Shown here: positions 1 to 15,000 of the stretch, in pieces | Layout: every line of letters begins with the position of its first letter | Position numbering within the stretch: position 1 is the first letter of the stretch | Source of the DNA: Balanoglossus misakiensis | Lineage: Eukaryota; Animalia; Hemichordata | NCBI GenBank assembly: GCA_040954595.2 | Contig: CM082577.2 | Location: forward strand, 2,356,001-2,420,000 | Direction: 5' to 3' | Length of the DNA stretch: 64,000 bases | The notes under the pieces: model-generated | Seen by the model: only the letters and a program-made list of their open reading frames with translations | Told to the model about the DNA's origin: nothing | Database searches by the model: none | Made by a program: the position numbers and the translations under genes

Positions 1-3000
1 ATGGGTTATAGCTCATAAAAATCATCAGAAAATGACAATTTTTCGACTTTGCGAAATTTCAAAATTTCGTCGATTTTTGGAAAAATCATGGGTTATAGCT
101 CATGAAAATCATCAGAAAATGACAATTTTTCGACTTTGCGAAATTTCAAAATTTCGTAGATTTTTGAAATAATCATGGGTTATAGCTCATGAAAATCATC
201 AGAAAATGACAATTTTTCGACTTTGCAAAATTTCAAAATTTCGTCGATTTTTCAAATAATCATGGGTTATAGCTCATGAATATCATCAGAAAATCACAAT
301 TTTTCGACTTTGCAAAATTTCAAAATTTCGTCGATTTTTCAAATAATCATGGGTTATAGCTCATGAAAATCATCAGAAAATGACAATTTTTCGACTTTGC
401 GAAATTTCAAAATTTCGTCGATTTTTGAAAAAATAATGGGTTATAGCTCACGAAAATCATCAGAAAATGACAATTTTTCGACTTTGCGAAATTTCAAAAT
501 TTCGTCGATTTTTGAAAAAATAATGGGTTATAGCTCACGAAAATCATCAGAAAATGACAATTTTTCGACTCTGCGAAATTTCAAAATTTCGTCGATTTTT
601 GAAAAAATCATGGGTTATAGCTCATGAAAATCATCAGAAAATGACAATTTTTCGACTTTGCAAAATTTCAAAATTTCGTCGATTTTTGAAAAAATCATGG
701 GTTATAGCTCATGAAAATCATCAGAAAATGACAATTTTACGACTTTGCGAAATTTCAAAATTTCGTCGATTTTTGAAAAAATCATGGGTTATAGCTCATG
801 AAAATCATCAGAAAATGACAATTTTTCGACTTTGCGAAATTTCAAAATTTCGTCGATTTTTGAAAAAATCATGGGTTATAGCTCATGAAAGTCGTCAGAA
901 AATGACAATTTTTCGACTTTGCGAAATTTCAAAATTTCGTCGATTTTTGAAAAAATCATGGGTTATAGCTCATGAAAATCATCAGAAAATGACAATTTTT
1001 CGACTCTGCGAAATTTCAAAATTTCGTCGATTTTTGAAAAAATCATGGGTTATAGCTCATGAAAATCATCAGAAAATGACAATTTTTCGACTTTGCGAAA
1101 TTTCAAAATTTCGTCGATTTTTCAAATAATCATGGGTTATAGCTCATGAAAATCATCAGAAAATGACAATTTTTCGACATTGCAAAATTTCAAAATTTCG
1201 TCGATTTTTGAAAAAACATGGGTTATAGCTCATGAAAATCATCAGAAAATGACAATTTTTCGACTTTGCGAAATTTCAAAATTTCGTCGTTTTTTGAAAA
1301 AAATCATGGGTTATAGCTCATAAAAATCATCAGAAAATGACAATTTTTCGACTTTGCGAAATTTCAAAATTTCGTCGATTTTTGGAAAAATCATGGGTTA
1401 TAGCTCATGAAAATCATCAGAAAATGACAATTTTTCGACTTTGCGAAATTTCAAAATTTCGTCGATTTTTGAAAAAATCATGGGTTATAGCTCATGAAAA
1501 TCATCAGAAAATGACAATTTTTCGACTTTGCAAAATTTCAAAATTTCGTCGATTTTTCAAATAATCATGGGTTATAGCTCATGAATATCATCAGAAAATC
1601 ACAATTTTTCGACTTTGCAAAATTTCAAAATTTCGTCGATTTTTCAAATAATCATGGGTTATAGCTCATGAAAATCATCAGAAAATGACAATTTTTCGAC
1701 TTTGCGAAATTTCAAAATTTCGTCGATTTTTGAAAAAATAATGGGTTATAGCTCATGAAAATCATCAGAAAATGACAATTTTTCGACTTTGCGAAATTTC
1801 AAAATTTCGTAGATTTTTGAAATAATCATGGGTTATAGCTCATGAAAATCATCAGAAAATGACAATTTTTCGACTTTGCAAAATTTCAAAATTTCGTCGA
1901 TTTTTCAAATAATCATGGGTTATAGCTCATGAATATCATCAGAAAATCACAATTTTTCGACTTTGCAAAATTTCAAAATTTCGTCGATTTTTCAAATAAT
2001 CATGGGTTATAGCTCATGAAAATCATCAGAAAATGACAATTTTTCGACTTTGCGAAATTTCAAAATTTCGTCGATTTTTGAAAAAATAATGGGTTATAGC
2101 TCACGAAAATCATCAGAAAATGACAATTTTTCGACTCTGCGAAATTTCAAAATTTCGTCGATTTTTGAAAAAATCATGGGTTATAGCTCATGAAAATCAT
2201 CAGAAAATGACAATTTTTCGACTTTGCAAAATTTCAAAATTTCGTCGATTTTTGAAAAAATCATGGGTTATAGCTCATGAAAATCATCAGAAAATGACAA
2301 TTTTACGACTTTGCGAAATTTCAAAATTTCGTCGATTTTTGAAAAAATCATGGGTTATAGCTCATGAAAATCATCAGAAAATGACAATTTTACGACTTTG
2401 CGAAATTTCAAAATTTCGTCGATTTTTGAAAAAATCATGGGTTATAGCTCATGAAAATCATAAGAAAATGACAATTTTACGACTTTGCGAAATTTCAAAA
2501 ATTCGTCGATTTTTGAAAAAATCATGGGTTATAGCTCATGAAAATCATCAGAAAATGACAATTTTTCGACTTTGCGAAATTTCAAAATTTCGTCGATTTT
2601 TGAAAAAATCATGGGTTATAGCTCATGAAAGTCGTCAGAAAATGACAATTTTTCGACTTTGCGAAATTTCAAAATTTCGTCGATTTTTGAAAAAATCATG
2701 GGTTATAGCTCATGAAAATCATCAGAAAATGACAATTTTTCGACTCTGCGAAATTTCAAAATTTCGTCGATTTTTGAAAAAATCATGGGTTATAGCTCAT
2801 GAAAATCATCAGAAAATGACAATTTTTCGACTTTGCGAAATTTCAAAATTTCGTCGATTTTTCAAATAATCATGGGTTATAGCTCATGAAAATCATCAGA
2901 AAATGACAATTTTTCGACATTGCAAAATTTCAAAATTTCGTCGATTTTTGAAAAAACATGGGTTATAGCTCATGAAAATCATCAGAAAATGACAATTTTT

Positions 3001-6000
3001 CGACTTTGCGAAATTTCAAAATTTCGTCGTTTTTTGAAAAAAATCATGGGTTATAGCTCATAAAAATCATCAGAAAATGACAATTTTTCGACTTTGTGAA
3101 ATTTCAAAATTTCGTCGATTTTTGGAAAAATCATGGGTTATAGCTCATGAAAATCATCAGAAAATGACAATTTTTCGACTTTGCGAAATTTCAAAATTTC
3201 GTCGATTTTTGAAAAAATCATGGGTTATAGCTCATGAAAATCATCAGAAAATGACAATTTTTCGACTTTGCGAAATTTCAAAATTTCGTAGATTTTTGAA
3301 ATAATCATGGGTTATATAGCTCATGAAAATCATCAGAAAATGACAATTTTTCGACTTTGCAAAATTTCAAAATTTCGTCGATTTTTCAAATAATCATGGG
3401 TTATAGCTCATGAATATCATCAGAAAATCACAATTTTTCGACTTTGCAAAATTTCAAAATTTCGTCGATTTTTCAAATAATCATGGGTTATAGCTCATGA
3501 AAATCATCAGAAAATGACAATTTTTCGACTTTGCGAAATTTCAAAATTTCGTCGATTTTTGAAAAAATAATGGGTTATAGCTCACGAAAATCATCAGAAA
3601 ATGACAATTTTTCGACTCTGCGAAATTTCAAAATTTCGTCGATTTTTGAAAAAATCATGGGTTATAGCTCATGAAAATCATCAGAAAATGACAATTTTTC
3701 GACTTTGCAAAATTTCAAAATTTCGTCGATTTTTGAAAAAATCATGGGTTATAGCTCATGAAAATCATCAGAAAATGACAATTTTACGACTTTGCGAAAT
3801 TTCAAAATTTCGTCGATTTTTGAAAAAATCATGGGTTATAGCTCATGAAAATCATCAGAAAATGACAATTTTACGACTTTGCGAAATTTCAAAATTTCGT
3901 CGATTTTTGAAAAAATCATGGGTTATAGCTCATGAAAATCATAAGAAAATGACAATTTTACGACTTTGCGAAATTTCAAAATTTCGTCGATTTTTGAAAA
4001 AATCATGGGTTATAGCTCATGAAAATCATCAGAAAATGACAATTTTTCGACTTTGCGAAATTTCAAAATTTCGTCGATTTTTGAAAAAATCATGGGTTAT
4101 AGCTCATGAAAGTCGTCAGAAAATGACAATTTTTCGACTTTGCGAAATTTCAAAATTTCGTCGATTTTTGAAAAAATCATGGGTTATAGCTCATGAAAAT
4201 CATCAGAAAATGACAATTTTTCGACTCTGCGAAATTTCAAAATTTCGTCGATTTTTGAAAAAATCATGGGTTATAGCTCATGAAAATCATCAGAAAATGA
4301 CAATTTTTCGACTTTGCGAAATTTCAAAATTTCGTCGATTTTTGAAAAAATCATGGGTTATAGCTCATGAAAATCATCAGAAAATGACAATTTTTCGACT
4401 TTGCGAAATTTCAAAATTTCGTCGATTTTTGAAATAATCATGGGTTATAGCTCATGAAAATCATCAGAAAATGACAATTTTTCGACTCTGCGAAATTTCA
4501 AAATTTCGTCGATTTTTGAAAAAATCATGGGTTATAGCTCATGAAAATCATCAGAAAATGACAATTTTTCGACTTTGCGAAATTTCAAAATTTCGTCGAT
4601 TTTTGAAATAATCATGGGTTATAGCTCTTGAAAATCATCAGAAAATGACAATTTTTCGACTTTGCGAAATTTCAAAATTTCGTCGATTTTTGAAAAAATC
4701 ATGGGTTATAGCTCATGAAAATCATCAGAAAATGACAATTTTTCGACTTTGCGAAATTTCAAAATTTCGTCGATTTTTGAAAAAATCATGGGTTATAGCT
4801 CATGAAAATCATCAGAAAATGACAATTTTTCGACTTTGCGAAATTTCAAAATTTCGTCGATTTTTGAAAAAATCATGGGTTATAGCTCATGAAAATCATC
4901 AGAAAATGACAATTTTTCGACTTTGCGAAATTTCAAAATTTCGTCGATTTTTGAAAAAATCATGGGTTATAGCTCATGAAAATCATCAGAAAATGACAAT
5001 TTTTCGACTTTGCGAAATTTCAAAATTTCGTCGATTTTTCAAATAATCATGGGTTATAGCTCATGAAAATCATCAGAAAATGACAATTTTTCGACATTGC
5101 AAAATTTCAAAATTTCGTCGATTTTTGAAAAAACATGGGTTATAGCTCATGAAAATCATCAGAAAATGACAATTTTTCGACTTTGCGAAATTTCAAAATT
5201 TCGTCGTTTTTTGAAAAAAATCATGGGTTATAGCTCATAAAAATCATCAGAAAATGACAATTTTTCGACTTTGCGAAATTTCAAAATTTCGTCGATTTTT
5301 GGAAAAATCATGGGTTATAGCTCATGAAAATCATCAGAAAATGACAATTTTTCGACTTTGCGAAATTTCAAAATTTCATCGATTTTTGAAAAAATCATGG
5401 GTTAGCTCATGAAAATCATCAGAAAATGACAATTTTTCGACTTTGCGAAATTTCAAAATTTTGTCGATTTTTGAAAAAATCATGGGTTATAGCTCAGGAA
5501 AATCATCAGAAAATGACAATTTTTCGACTTTGCAAAATTTCAAAATTTCGTCGATTTTTGAAAAAATCATGGGTTATAGCTCAGGAAAATCATCAGAAAA
5601 TGACAATTTTTCGACTTTGCGAAATTTCAAAATTTCGTCGATTTTTGAAAAAATCATGTGTTATAGCTCATGAAAATCATCAGAAAATGACATTTTTTCG
5701 ACTTTGCGAAATTTCAAAATTTCGTCGATTTTTGAAAAAATCATGGGTTATAGCTCATGAAAATCATCAGAAAATGACAATTTTTCGACTTTGCGAAATT
5801 TCAAAATTTCGTCGATTTTTGAAAAAATCATGGGTTATAGCTCATGAAAATCATCAGAAAATGACAATTTTTACGACTTTGCGAAATTTCAAAATTTCGT
5901 CGATTTTTTAAAAAAATCATGGGTTATAGCTCATGAAAATCATCAGAAAATGACAATTTTTCGACTTTGCGAAATTTCAAAATTTCGTCAATTTTTGAAA

Positions 6001-9000
6001 TAATCATCTGTTATAGCTCTTGAAAATCATCAGAAAATGACAATTTTTCGACTTTGCCAAATTTCAAAATTTCGTCGATTTTTGAAAAAATCATGGGTTA
6101 TAGCTCATGAAAATCATCAGAAACTGACAATTTTTCGACTTTGCGAAATTTCAAAATTTCGTCGATTTTTGAAATAATCATGGGTTATAGCTCATGAAAA
6201 TCATCAGAAAATGACAATTTTTCGACTTTGCGAAATTTCAAAATTTCGTCGATTTTTGAAAAATCATGGGTTATAGCTCATGAAAATCATCAGAAAATGA
6301 CAATTTTACGACTTTGCGAAATTTCAAAATTTCGTCGATTTTTGAAAAAATCATGGGTTATAGCTCATGAAAATCATAAGAAAATGACAATTTTACGACT
6401 TTGCGAAATTTCAAAATTTCGTCGATTTTTGAAAAAATCATGGGTTATAGCTCATGAAAATCATCAGAAAATGACAATTTTTCGACTTTGCGAAATTTCA
6501 AAATTTCGTCGATTTTTGAAAAAATCATGGGTTATAGCTCATGAAAGTCGTCAGAAAATGACAATTTTTCGACTTTGCGAAATTTCAAAATTTCGTCGAT
6601 TTTTGAAAAAATCATGGGTTATAGCTCATGAAAATCATCAGAAAATGACAATTTTTCGACTCTGCGAAATTTCAAAATTTCGTCGATTTTTGAAAAAATC
6701 ATGGGTTATAGCTCATGAAAATCATCAGAAAATGACAATTTTTCGACTTTGCGAAATTTCAAAATTTCGTCGATTTTTGAAAAAATCATGGGTTATAGCT
6801 CATGAAAATCATCAGAAAATGACAATTTTTCGACTTTGCGAAATTTCAAAATTTCGTCGATTTTTGAAATAATCATGGGTTATAGCTCATGAAAATCATC
6901 AGAAAATGACAATTTTTCGACTCTGCGAAATTTCAAAATTTCGTCGATTTTTGAAAAAATCATGGGTTATAGCTCATGAAAATCATCAGAAAATGACAAT
7001 TTTTCGACTTTGCGAAATTTCAAAATTTCGTCGATTTTTGAAATAATCATGGGTTATAGCTCTTGAAAATCATCAGAAAATGACAATTTTTCGACTTTGC
7101 GAAATTTCAAAATTTCGTCGATTTTTGAAAAAATCATGGGTTATAGCTCATGAAAATCATCAGAAAATGACAATTTTTCGACTTTGCGAAATTTCAAAAT
7201 TTCGTCGATTTTTGAAAAAATCATGGGTTATAGCTCATGAAAATCATCAGAAAATGACAATTTTTCGACTTTGCGAAATTTCAAAATTTCGTCGATTTTT
7301 GAAAAAATCATGGGTTATAGCTCATGAAAATCATCAGAAAATGACAATTTTTCGACTTTGCGAAATTTCAAAATTTCGTCGATTTTTGAAAAAATCATGG
7401 GTTATAGCTCATGAAAATCATCAGAAAATGACAATTTTTCGACTTTGCGAAATTTCAAAATTTCGTCGATTTTTCAAATAATCATGGGTTATAGCTCATG
7501 AAAATCATCAGAAAATGACAATTTTTCGACATTGCAAAATTTCAAAATTTCGTCGATTTTTGAAAAAACATGGGTTATAGCTCATGAAAATCATCAGAAA
7601 ATGACAATTTTTCGACTTTGCGAAATTTCAAAATTTCGTCGTTTTTTGAAAAAAATCATGGGTTATAGCTCATAAAAATCATCAGAAAATGACAATTTTT
7701 CGACTTTGCGAAATTTCAAAATTTCGTCGATTTTTGGAAAAATCATGGGTTATAGCTCATGAAAATCATCAGAAAATGACAATTTTTCGACTTTGCGAAA
7801 TTTCAAAATTTCATCGATTTTTGAAAAAATCATGGGTTAGCTCATGAAAATCATCAGAAAATGACAATTTTTCGACTTTGCGAAATTTCAAAATTTTGTC
7901 GATTTTTGAAAAAATCATGGGTTATAGCTCAGGAAAATCATCAGAAAATGACAATTTTTCGACTTTGCAAAATTTCAAAATTTCGTCGATTTTTGAAAAA
8001 ATCATGGGTTATAGCTCAGGAAAATCATCAGAAAATGACAATTTTTCGACTTTGCGAAATTTCAAAATTTCGTCGATTTTTGAAAAAATCATGTGTTATA
8101 GCTCATGAAAATCATCAGAAAATGACATTTTTTCGACTTTGCGAAATTTCAAAATTTCGTCGATTTTTGAAAAAATCATGGGTTATAGCTCATGAAAATC
8201 ATCAGAAAATGACAATTTTTCGACTTTGCGAAATTTCAAAATTTCGTCGATTTTTGAAAAAATCATGGGTTATAGCTCATGAAAATCATCAGAAAATGAC
8301 AATTTTTACGACTTTGCGAAATTTCAAAATTTCGTCGATTTTTTAAAAAAATCATGGGTTATAGCTCATGAAAATCATCAGAAAATGACAATTTTTCGAC
8401 TTTGCGAAATTTCAAAATTTCGTCAATTTTTGAAATAATCATCTGTTATAGCTCTTGAAAATCATCAGAAAATGACAATTTTTCGACTTTGCCAAATTTC
8501 AAAATTTCGTCGATTTTTGAAAAAATCATGGGTTATAGCTCATGAAAATCATCAGAAAATGACAATTTTTCGACTTTGCGAAATTTCAAAATTTCGTCGA
8601 TTTTTGAAATAATCATGGGTTATAGCTCATGAAAATCATCAGAAAATGACAATTTTTCGACTTTGCGAAATTTCAAAATTTCGTCGATTTTTGAAATAAT
8701 CATGGGTTATAGCTCATGAAAATCATCAGAAAATGACAATTTTTCGACTTTGCGAAATTTCAAAATTTCGTCGATTTTTGAAAAAATCATGGGTTATAGC
8801 TCATGAAAATCATCAGAAAATGACAATTTTTCGACTCTGCGAAATTTCAAAATTTCGTCGATTTTTGAAAAAATCATGGGTTATAGCGCATGAAAATCAT
8901 AAGAAAATGACAATTTTACGACTCTGCGAAATTTCAAAATTTCGTCGATTTTTGAAAAAATCATGGGTTATAGCTCATGAAAATCATCAGAAAATGACAA

Positions 9001-12000
9001 TTTTTCGACTTTGCAAAATTTCAAAATTTCGTCGATTTTTGAAAAAATCATGGGTTATAGCTCATGAAGATCATCAGAAAATGACAATTTTACGACTTTG
9101 CGAAATTTCAAAATTTCGTCGATTTTTGAAAAAATCATGGGTTATAGCTCATGAAAATCATAAGAAAATGACAATTTTACGACTTTGCGAAATTTCAAAA
9201 TTTCGTCGATTTTTGAAAAAATCATGGGTTATAGCTCATGAAAATCATCAGAAAATGACAATTTTTCGACTTTGCGAAATTTCAAAATTTCGTCGATTTT
9301 TGAAAAAATCATGCGTTATAGCTCATGAAAATCGTCAGAAAATGACAATTTTTCGACTTTGCGAAATTTCAAAATTTCGTCGATTTTTGAAAAAATCATG
9401 GGTTATAGCTCATAAAAATCATCAGAAAATGACAATTTTTCGACTCTGCGAAATTTCAAAATTTCGTCGATTTTTGAAAAAATCATGGGTTATAGCTCAT
9501 GAAAATCATCAGAAAATGACAATTTTTCGACTCTGCGAAATTTCAAAATTTCGTCGATTTTTGAAAAAATCATGGGTTATAGCTCATGAAAATCATCAGA
9601 AAATGACAATTTTTCGACTCTGCGAAATTTCAAAATTTCGTCGATTTTTGAAAAAATCATGGGTTATAGCTCTTGAAAATCATCAGAAAATGACAATTTT
9701 TCGACTTTGCCAAATTTCAAAATTTCGTCGATTTTTGAAATAATCATGGGTTATAGCTCTTGAAAATCATCAGAAAATGACAATTTTTCGACTTTGCCAA
9801 ATTTCAAAATTTCGTCGATTTTTGAAAAAATCATGGGTTATAGCTCATGAAAATCATCAGAAAATGACAATTTTTCGACTTTGCGAAATTTCAAAATTTC
9901 GTCGATTTTTGAAAAAATCATGGGTTATAGCTCATGAAAATCATCAGAAAATGACAATTTTTCGACTTTGCGAAATTTCAAAATTTCGTCGATTTTTGAA
10001 AAAATCATGGGTTATAGCTCAGGAAAATCATCAGAAAATGACAATTTTTCGACTTTGCAAAATTTCAAAATTTCGTCGATTTTTGAAAAAATCATGGGTT
10101 ATAGCTCAGGAAAATCATCAGAAAATGACAATTTTTCGACTTTGCGAAATTTCAAAATTTCGTCGATTTTTGAAAAAATCATGTGTTATAGCTCATGAAA
10201 ATCATCAGAAAATGACATTTTTTCGACTTTGCGAAATTTCAAAATTTCGTCGATTTTTGAAAAAATCATGGGTTATAGCTCATGAAAATCATCAGAAAAT
10301 GACAATTTTTCGACTTTGCGAAATTTCAAAATTTCGTCGATTTTTGAAAAAATCATGGGTTATAGCTCATGAAAATCATCAGAAAATGACAATTTTACGA
10401 CTTTGCGAAATTTCAAAATTTCGTCGATTTTTTAAAAAAATCATGGGTTATAGCTCATGAAAATCATCAGAAAATGACAATTTTTCGACTTTGCGAAATT
10501 TCAAAATTTCGTCAATTTTTGAAATAATCATCTGTTATAGCTCTTGAAAATCATCAGAAAATGACAATTTTTCGACTTTGCCAAATTTCAAAATTTCGTC
10601 GATTTTTGAAAAAATCATGGGTTATAGCTCATGAAAATCATCAGAAAATGACAATTTTTCGACTTTGCGAAATTTCAAAATTTCGTCGATTTTTGAAATA
10701 ATCATGGGTTATAGCTCATGAAAATCATCAGAAAATGACAATTTTTCGACTTTGCGAAATTTCAAAATTTCGTCGATTTTTGAAATAATCATGGGTTATA
10801 GCTCATGAAAATCATCAGAAAATGACAATTTTTCGACTTTGCGAAATTTCAAAATTTCGTCGATTTTTGAAAAAATCATGGGTTATAGCTCATGAAAATC
10901 ATCAGAAAATGACAATTTTTCGACTCTGCGAAATTTCAAAATTTCGTCGATTTTTGAAAAAATCATGGGTTATAGCGCATGAAAATCATAAGAAAATGAC
11001 AATTTTACGACTCTGCGAAATTTCAAAATTTCGTCGATTTTTGAAAAAATCATGGGTTATAGCTCATGAAAATCATCAGAAAATGACAATTTTTCGACTT
11101 TGCAAAATTTCAAAATTTCGTCGATTTTTGAAAAAATCATGGGTTATAGCTCATGAAGATCATCAGAAAATGACAATTTTACGACTTTGCGAAATTTCAA
11201 AATTTCGTCGATTTTTGAAAAAATCATGGGTTATAGCTCATGAAAATCATAAGAAAATGACAATTTTACGACTTTGCGAAATTTCAAAATTTCGTCGATT
11301 TTTGAAAAAATCATGGGTTATAGCTCAGGAAAATCGTCAGAAAATGACAATTTTTCGACTTTGCGAAATTTCAAAATTTCGTCGATTTTTGAAAAAATCA
11401 TGGGTTATAGCTCATAAAAATCATCAGAAAATGACAATTTTTCGACTCTGCGAAATTTCAAAATTTCGTCGATTTTTGAAAAAATCATGGGTTATAGCTC
11501 ATGAAAATCATCAGAAAATGACAATTTTTCGACTCTGCGAAATTTCAAAATTTCGTCGATTTTTGAAAAAATCATGGGTTATAGCTCATGAAAATCATCA
11601 GAAAATGACAATTTTTCGACTCTGCGAAATTTCAAAATTTCGTCGATTTTTGAAAAAATCATGGGTTATAGCTCATGAAAATCATCAGAAAATGACAATT
11701 TTACGACTTTGCGAAATTTCAAAATTTCGTCGATTTTTTAAAAAAATCATGGGTTATAGCTCATGAAAATCATCAGAAAATGACAATTTTTCGACTTTGC
11801 GAAATTTCAAAATTTCGTCAATTTTTGAAATAATCATCTGTTATAGCTCTTGAAAATCATCAGAAAATGACAATTTTTCGACTTTGCCAAATTTCAAAAT
11901 TTCGTCGATTTTTGAAAAAATCATGGGTTATAGCTCATGAAAATCATCAGAAAATGACAATTTTTCGACTTTGCGAAATTTCAAAATTTCGTCGATTTTT

Positions 12001-15000
12001 GAAATAATCATGGGTTATAGCTCATGAAAATCATCAGAAAATGACAATTTTTCGACTTTGCGAAATTTCAAAATTTCGTCGATTTTTGAAATAATCATGG
12101 GTTATAGCTCATGAAAATCATCAGAAAATGACAATTTTTCGACTTTGCGAAATTTCAAAATTTCGTCGATTTTTGAAAAAATCATGGGTTATAGCTCATG
12201 AAAATCATCAGAAAATGACAATTTTTCGACTCTGCGAAATTTCAAAATTTCGTCGATTTTTGAAAAAATCATGGGTTATAGCGCATGAAAATCATAAGAA
12301 AATGACAATTTTACGACTCTGCGAAATTTCAAAATTTCGTCGATTTTTGAAAAAATCATGGGTTATAGCTCATGAAAATCATCAGAAAATGACAATTTTT
12401 CGACTTTGCAAAATTTCAAAATTTCGTCGATTTTTGAAAAAATCATGGGTTATAGCTCATGAAGATCATCAGAAAATGACAATTTTACGACTTTGCGAAA
12501 TTTCAAAATTTCGTCGATTTTTGAAAAAATCATGGGTTATAGCTCATGAAAATCATAAGAAAATGACAATTTTACGACTTTGCGAAATTTCAAAATTTCG
12601 TCGATTTTTGAAAAAATCATGGGTTATAGCTCAGGAAAATCGTCAGAAAATGACAATTTTTCGACTTTGCGAAATTTCAAAATTTCGTCGATTTTTGAAA
12701 AAATCATGGGTTATAGCTCATAAAAATCATCAGAAAATGACAATTTTTCGACTCTGCGAAATTTCAAAATTTCGTCGATTTTTGAAAAAATCATGGGTTA
12801 TAGCTCATGAAAATCATCAGAAAATGACAATTTTTCGACTCTGCGAAATTTCAAAATTTCGTCGATTTTTGAAAAAATCATGGGTTATAGCTCATGAAAA
12901 TCATCAGAAAATGACAATTTTTCGACTCTGCGAAATTTCAAAATTTCGTCGATTTTTGAAAAAATCATGGGTTATAGCTCTTGAAAATCATCAGAAAATG
13001 ACAATTTTTCGACTTTGCCAAATTTCAAAATTTCGTCGATTTTTGAAATAATCATGGGTTATAGCTCTTGAAAATCATCAGAAAATGACAATTTTTCGAC
13101 TTTGCCAAATTTCAAAATTTCGTCGATTTTTGAAAAAATCATGGGTTATAGCTCATGAAAATCATCAGAAAATGACAATTTTTCGACTTTGCGAAATTTC
13201 AAAATTTCGTCGATTTTTGAAAAAATCATGGGTTATAGCTCATGAAAATCATCAGAAAATGACAATTTTTCGACTTTGCGAAATTTCAAAATTTCGTCGA
13301 TTTTTGAAAAAATCATGGGTTATAGCTCATGAAAATCATCAGAAAATGACAATTTTTCGACCATGCGAAATTTCAAAATTTCGTCGATTTTTGAAATAAT
13401 CATGGGTTATAGCTCATGAAAATCATCAGAAAATGACAATTTTTCGACTTTGCGAAATTTCAAAATTTCGTCGATTTTTGAAATAATCATGGGTTATAGC
13501 TCATGAAAATCATCAGAAAATGACAATTTTTCGACTTTGCGAAATTTCAAAATTTCGTCGATTTTTGAAAAAATCATGGGTTATAGCTCATGAAAATCAT
13601 CAGAAAATGACAATTTTTCGACTTTGCGAAATTTCAAAATTTCGTCGATTTTTGAAAAAATCATGGGTTATAGCTCATGAAAATCATCAGAAAATGACAA
13701 TTTTTCGACTCTGCGAAATTTCAAAATTTCGTCGATTTTTGAAAAAATCATGGGTTATAGCTCATGAAAATCATCAGAAAATGACAATTTTTCGACTCTG
13801 CGAAATTTCAAAATTTCGTCGATTTTTGAAAAAATCATGGGTTATAGCTCATGAAAATCATCAGAAAATGACAATTTTTCGACTTTGCGAAATTTCAAAA
13901 TTTCGTCGATTTTTGAAAAAATCATGGGTTATAGCTCATGAAAATCATCAGAAAATGACAATTTTTCGACTTTGCGAAATTTCAAAATTTTGTCGATTTT
14001 TGAAAAAATCATGGGTTATAGCTCAGGAAAATCATCAGAAAATGACAATTTTTCGACTTTGCGAAATTTCAAAATTTCGTCGATTTTTGAAAAAATCATG
14101 GGTTATAGCTCATGAAAATCATCAGAAAATGACAATTTTTCGACTTTGCGAAATTTCAAAATTTCGTCGATTTTTGAAATAATCATGGGTTATAGCTCAT
14201 GAAAATCATCAGAAAATGACAATTTTTCGACTCTGCGAAATTTCAAAATTTTGTCGATTTTTGAAAAAATCATGGGTTATAGCTCATGAAAATCATCAGA
14301 AAATGACAATTTTTCGACTTTGCGAAATTTCAAAATTTCGTCGATTTTTGAAAAAATCATGGGTTATAGCTCATGAAAATCATCAGAAAATGACAATTTT
14401 ACGACTTTGCGAAATTTCAAAATTTCGTCGATTTTTGAAAAAATCATGGGTTATAGCTCATGAAAATCATCAGAAAATGACAATTTTTCGACTCTGCGAA
14501 ATTTCAAAATTTCGTCGATTTTTGAAAAAAATCATGGGTTATAGCTCATGAAAATCATCAGAAAATGACAATTTTTCGACTTTGCGAAATTTCAAAATTT
14601 CGTCGATTTTTGAAAAAATCATGGGTTATAGCTCATGAAAATCATCAGAAAATGACAATTTTTCGACTTTGCGAAATTTCAAAATTTCGTCGATTTTTCA
14701 AATAATCATGGGTTATAGCTCATGAAAATCATCAGAAAATGACAATTTTTCGACATTGCAAAATTTCAAAATTTCGTCGATTTTTGAAAAAACATGGGTT
14801 ATAGCTCATGAAAATCATCAGAAAATGACAATTTTTCGACTTTGCGAAATTTCAAAATTTCGTCGTTTTTTGAAAAAAATCATGGGTTATAGCTCATAAA
14901 AATCATCAGAAAATGACAATTTTTCGACTTTGCGAAATTTCAAAATTTCGTCGATTTTTGGAAAAATCATGGGTTATAGCTCATGAAAATCATCAGAAAA

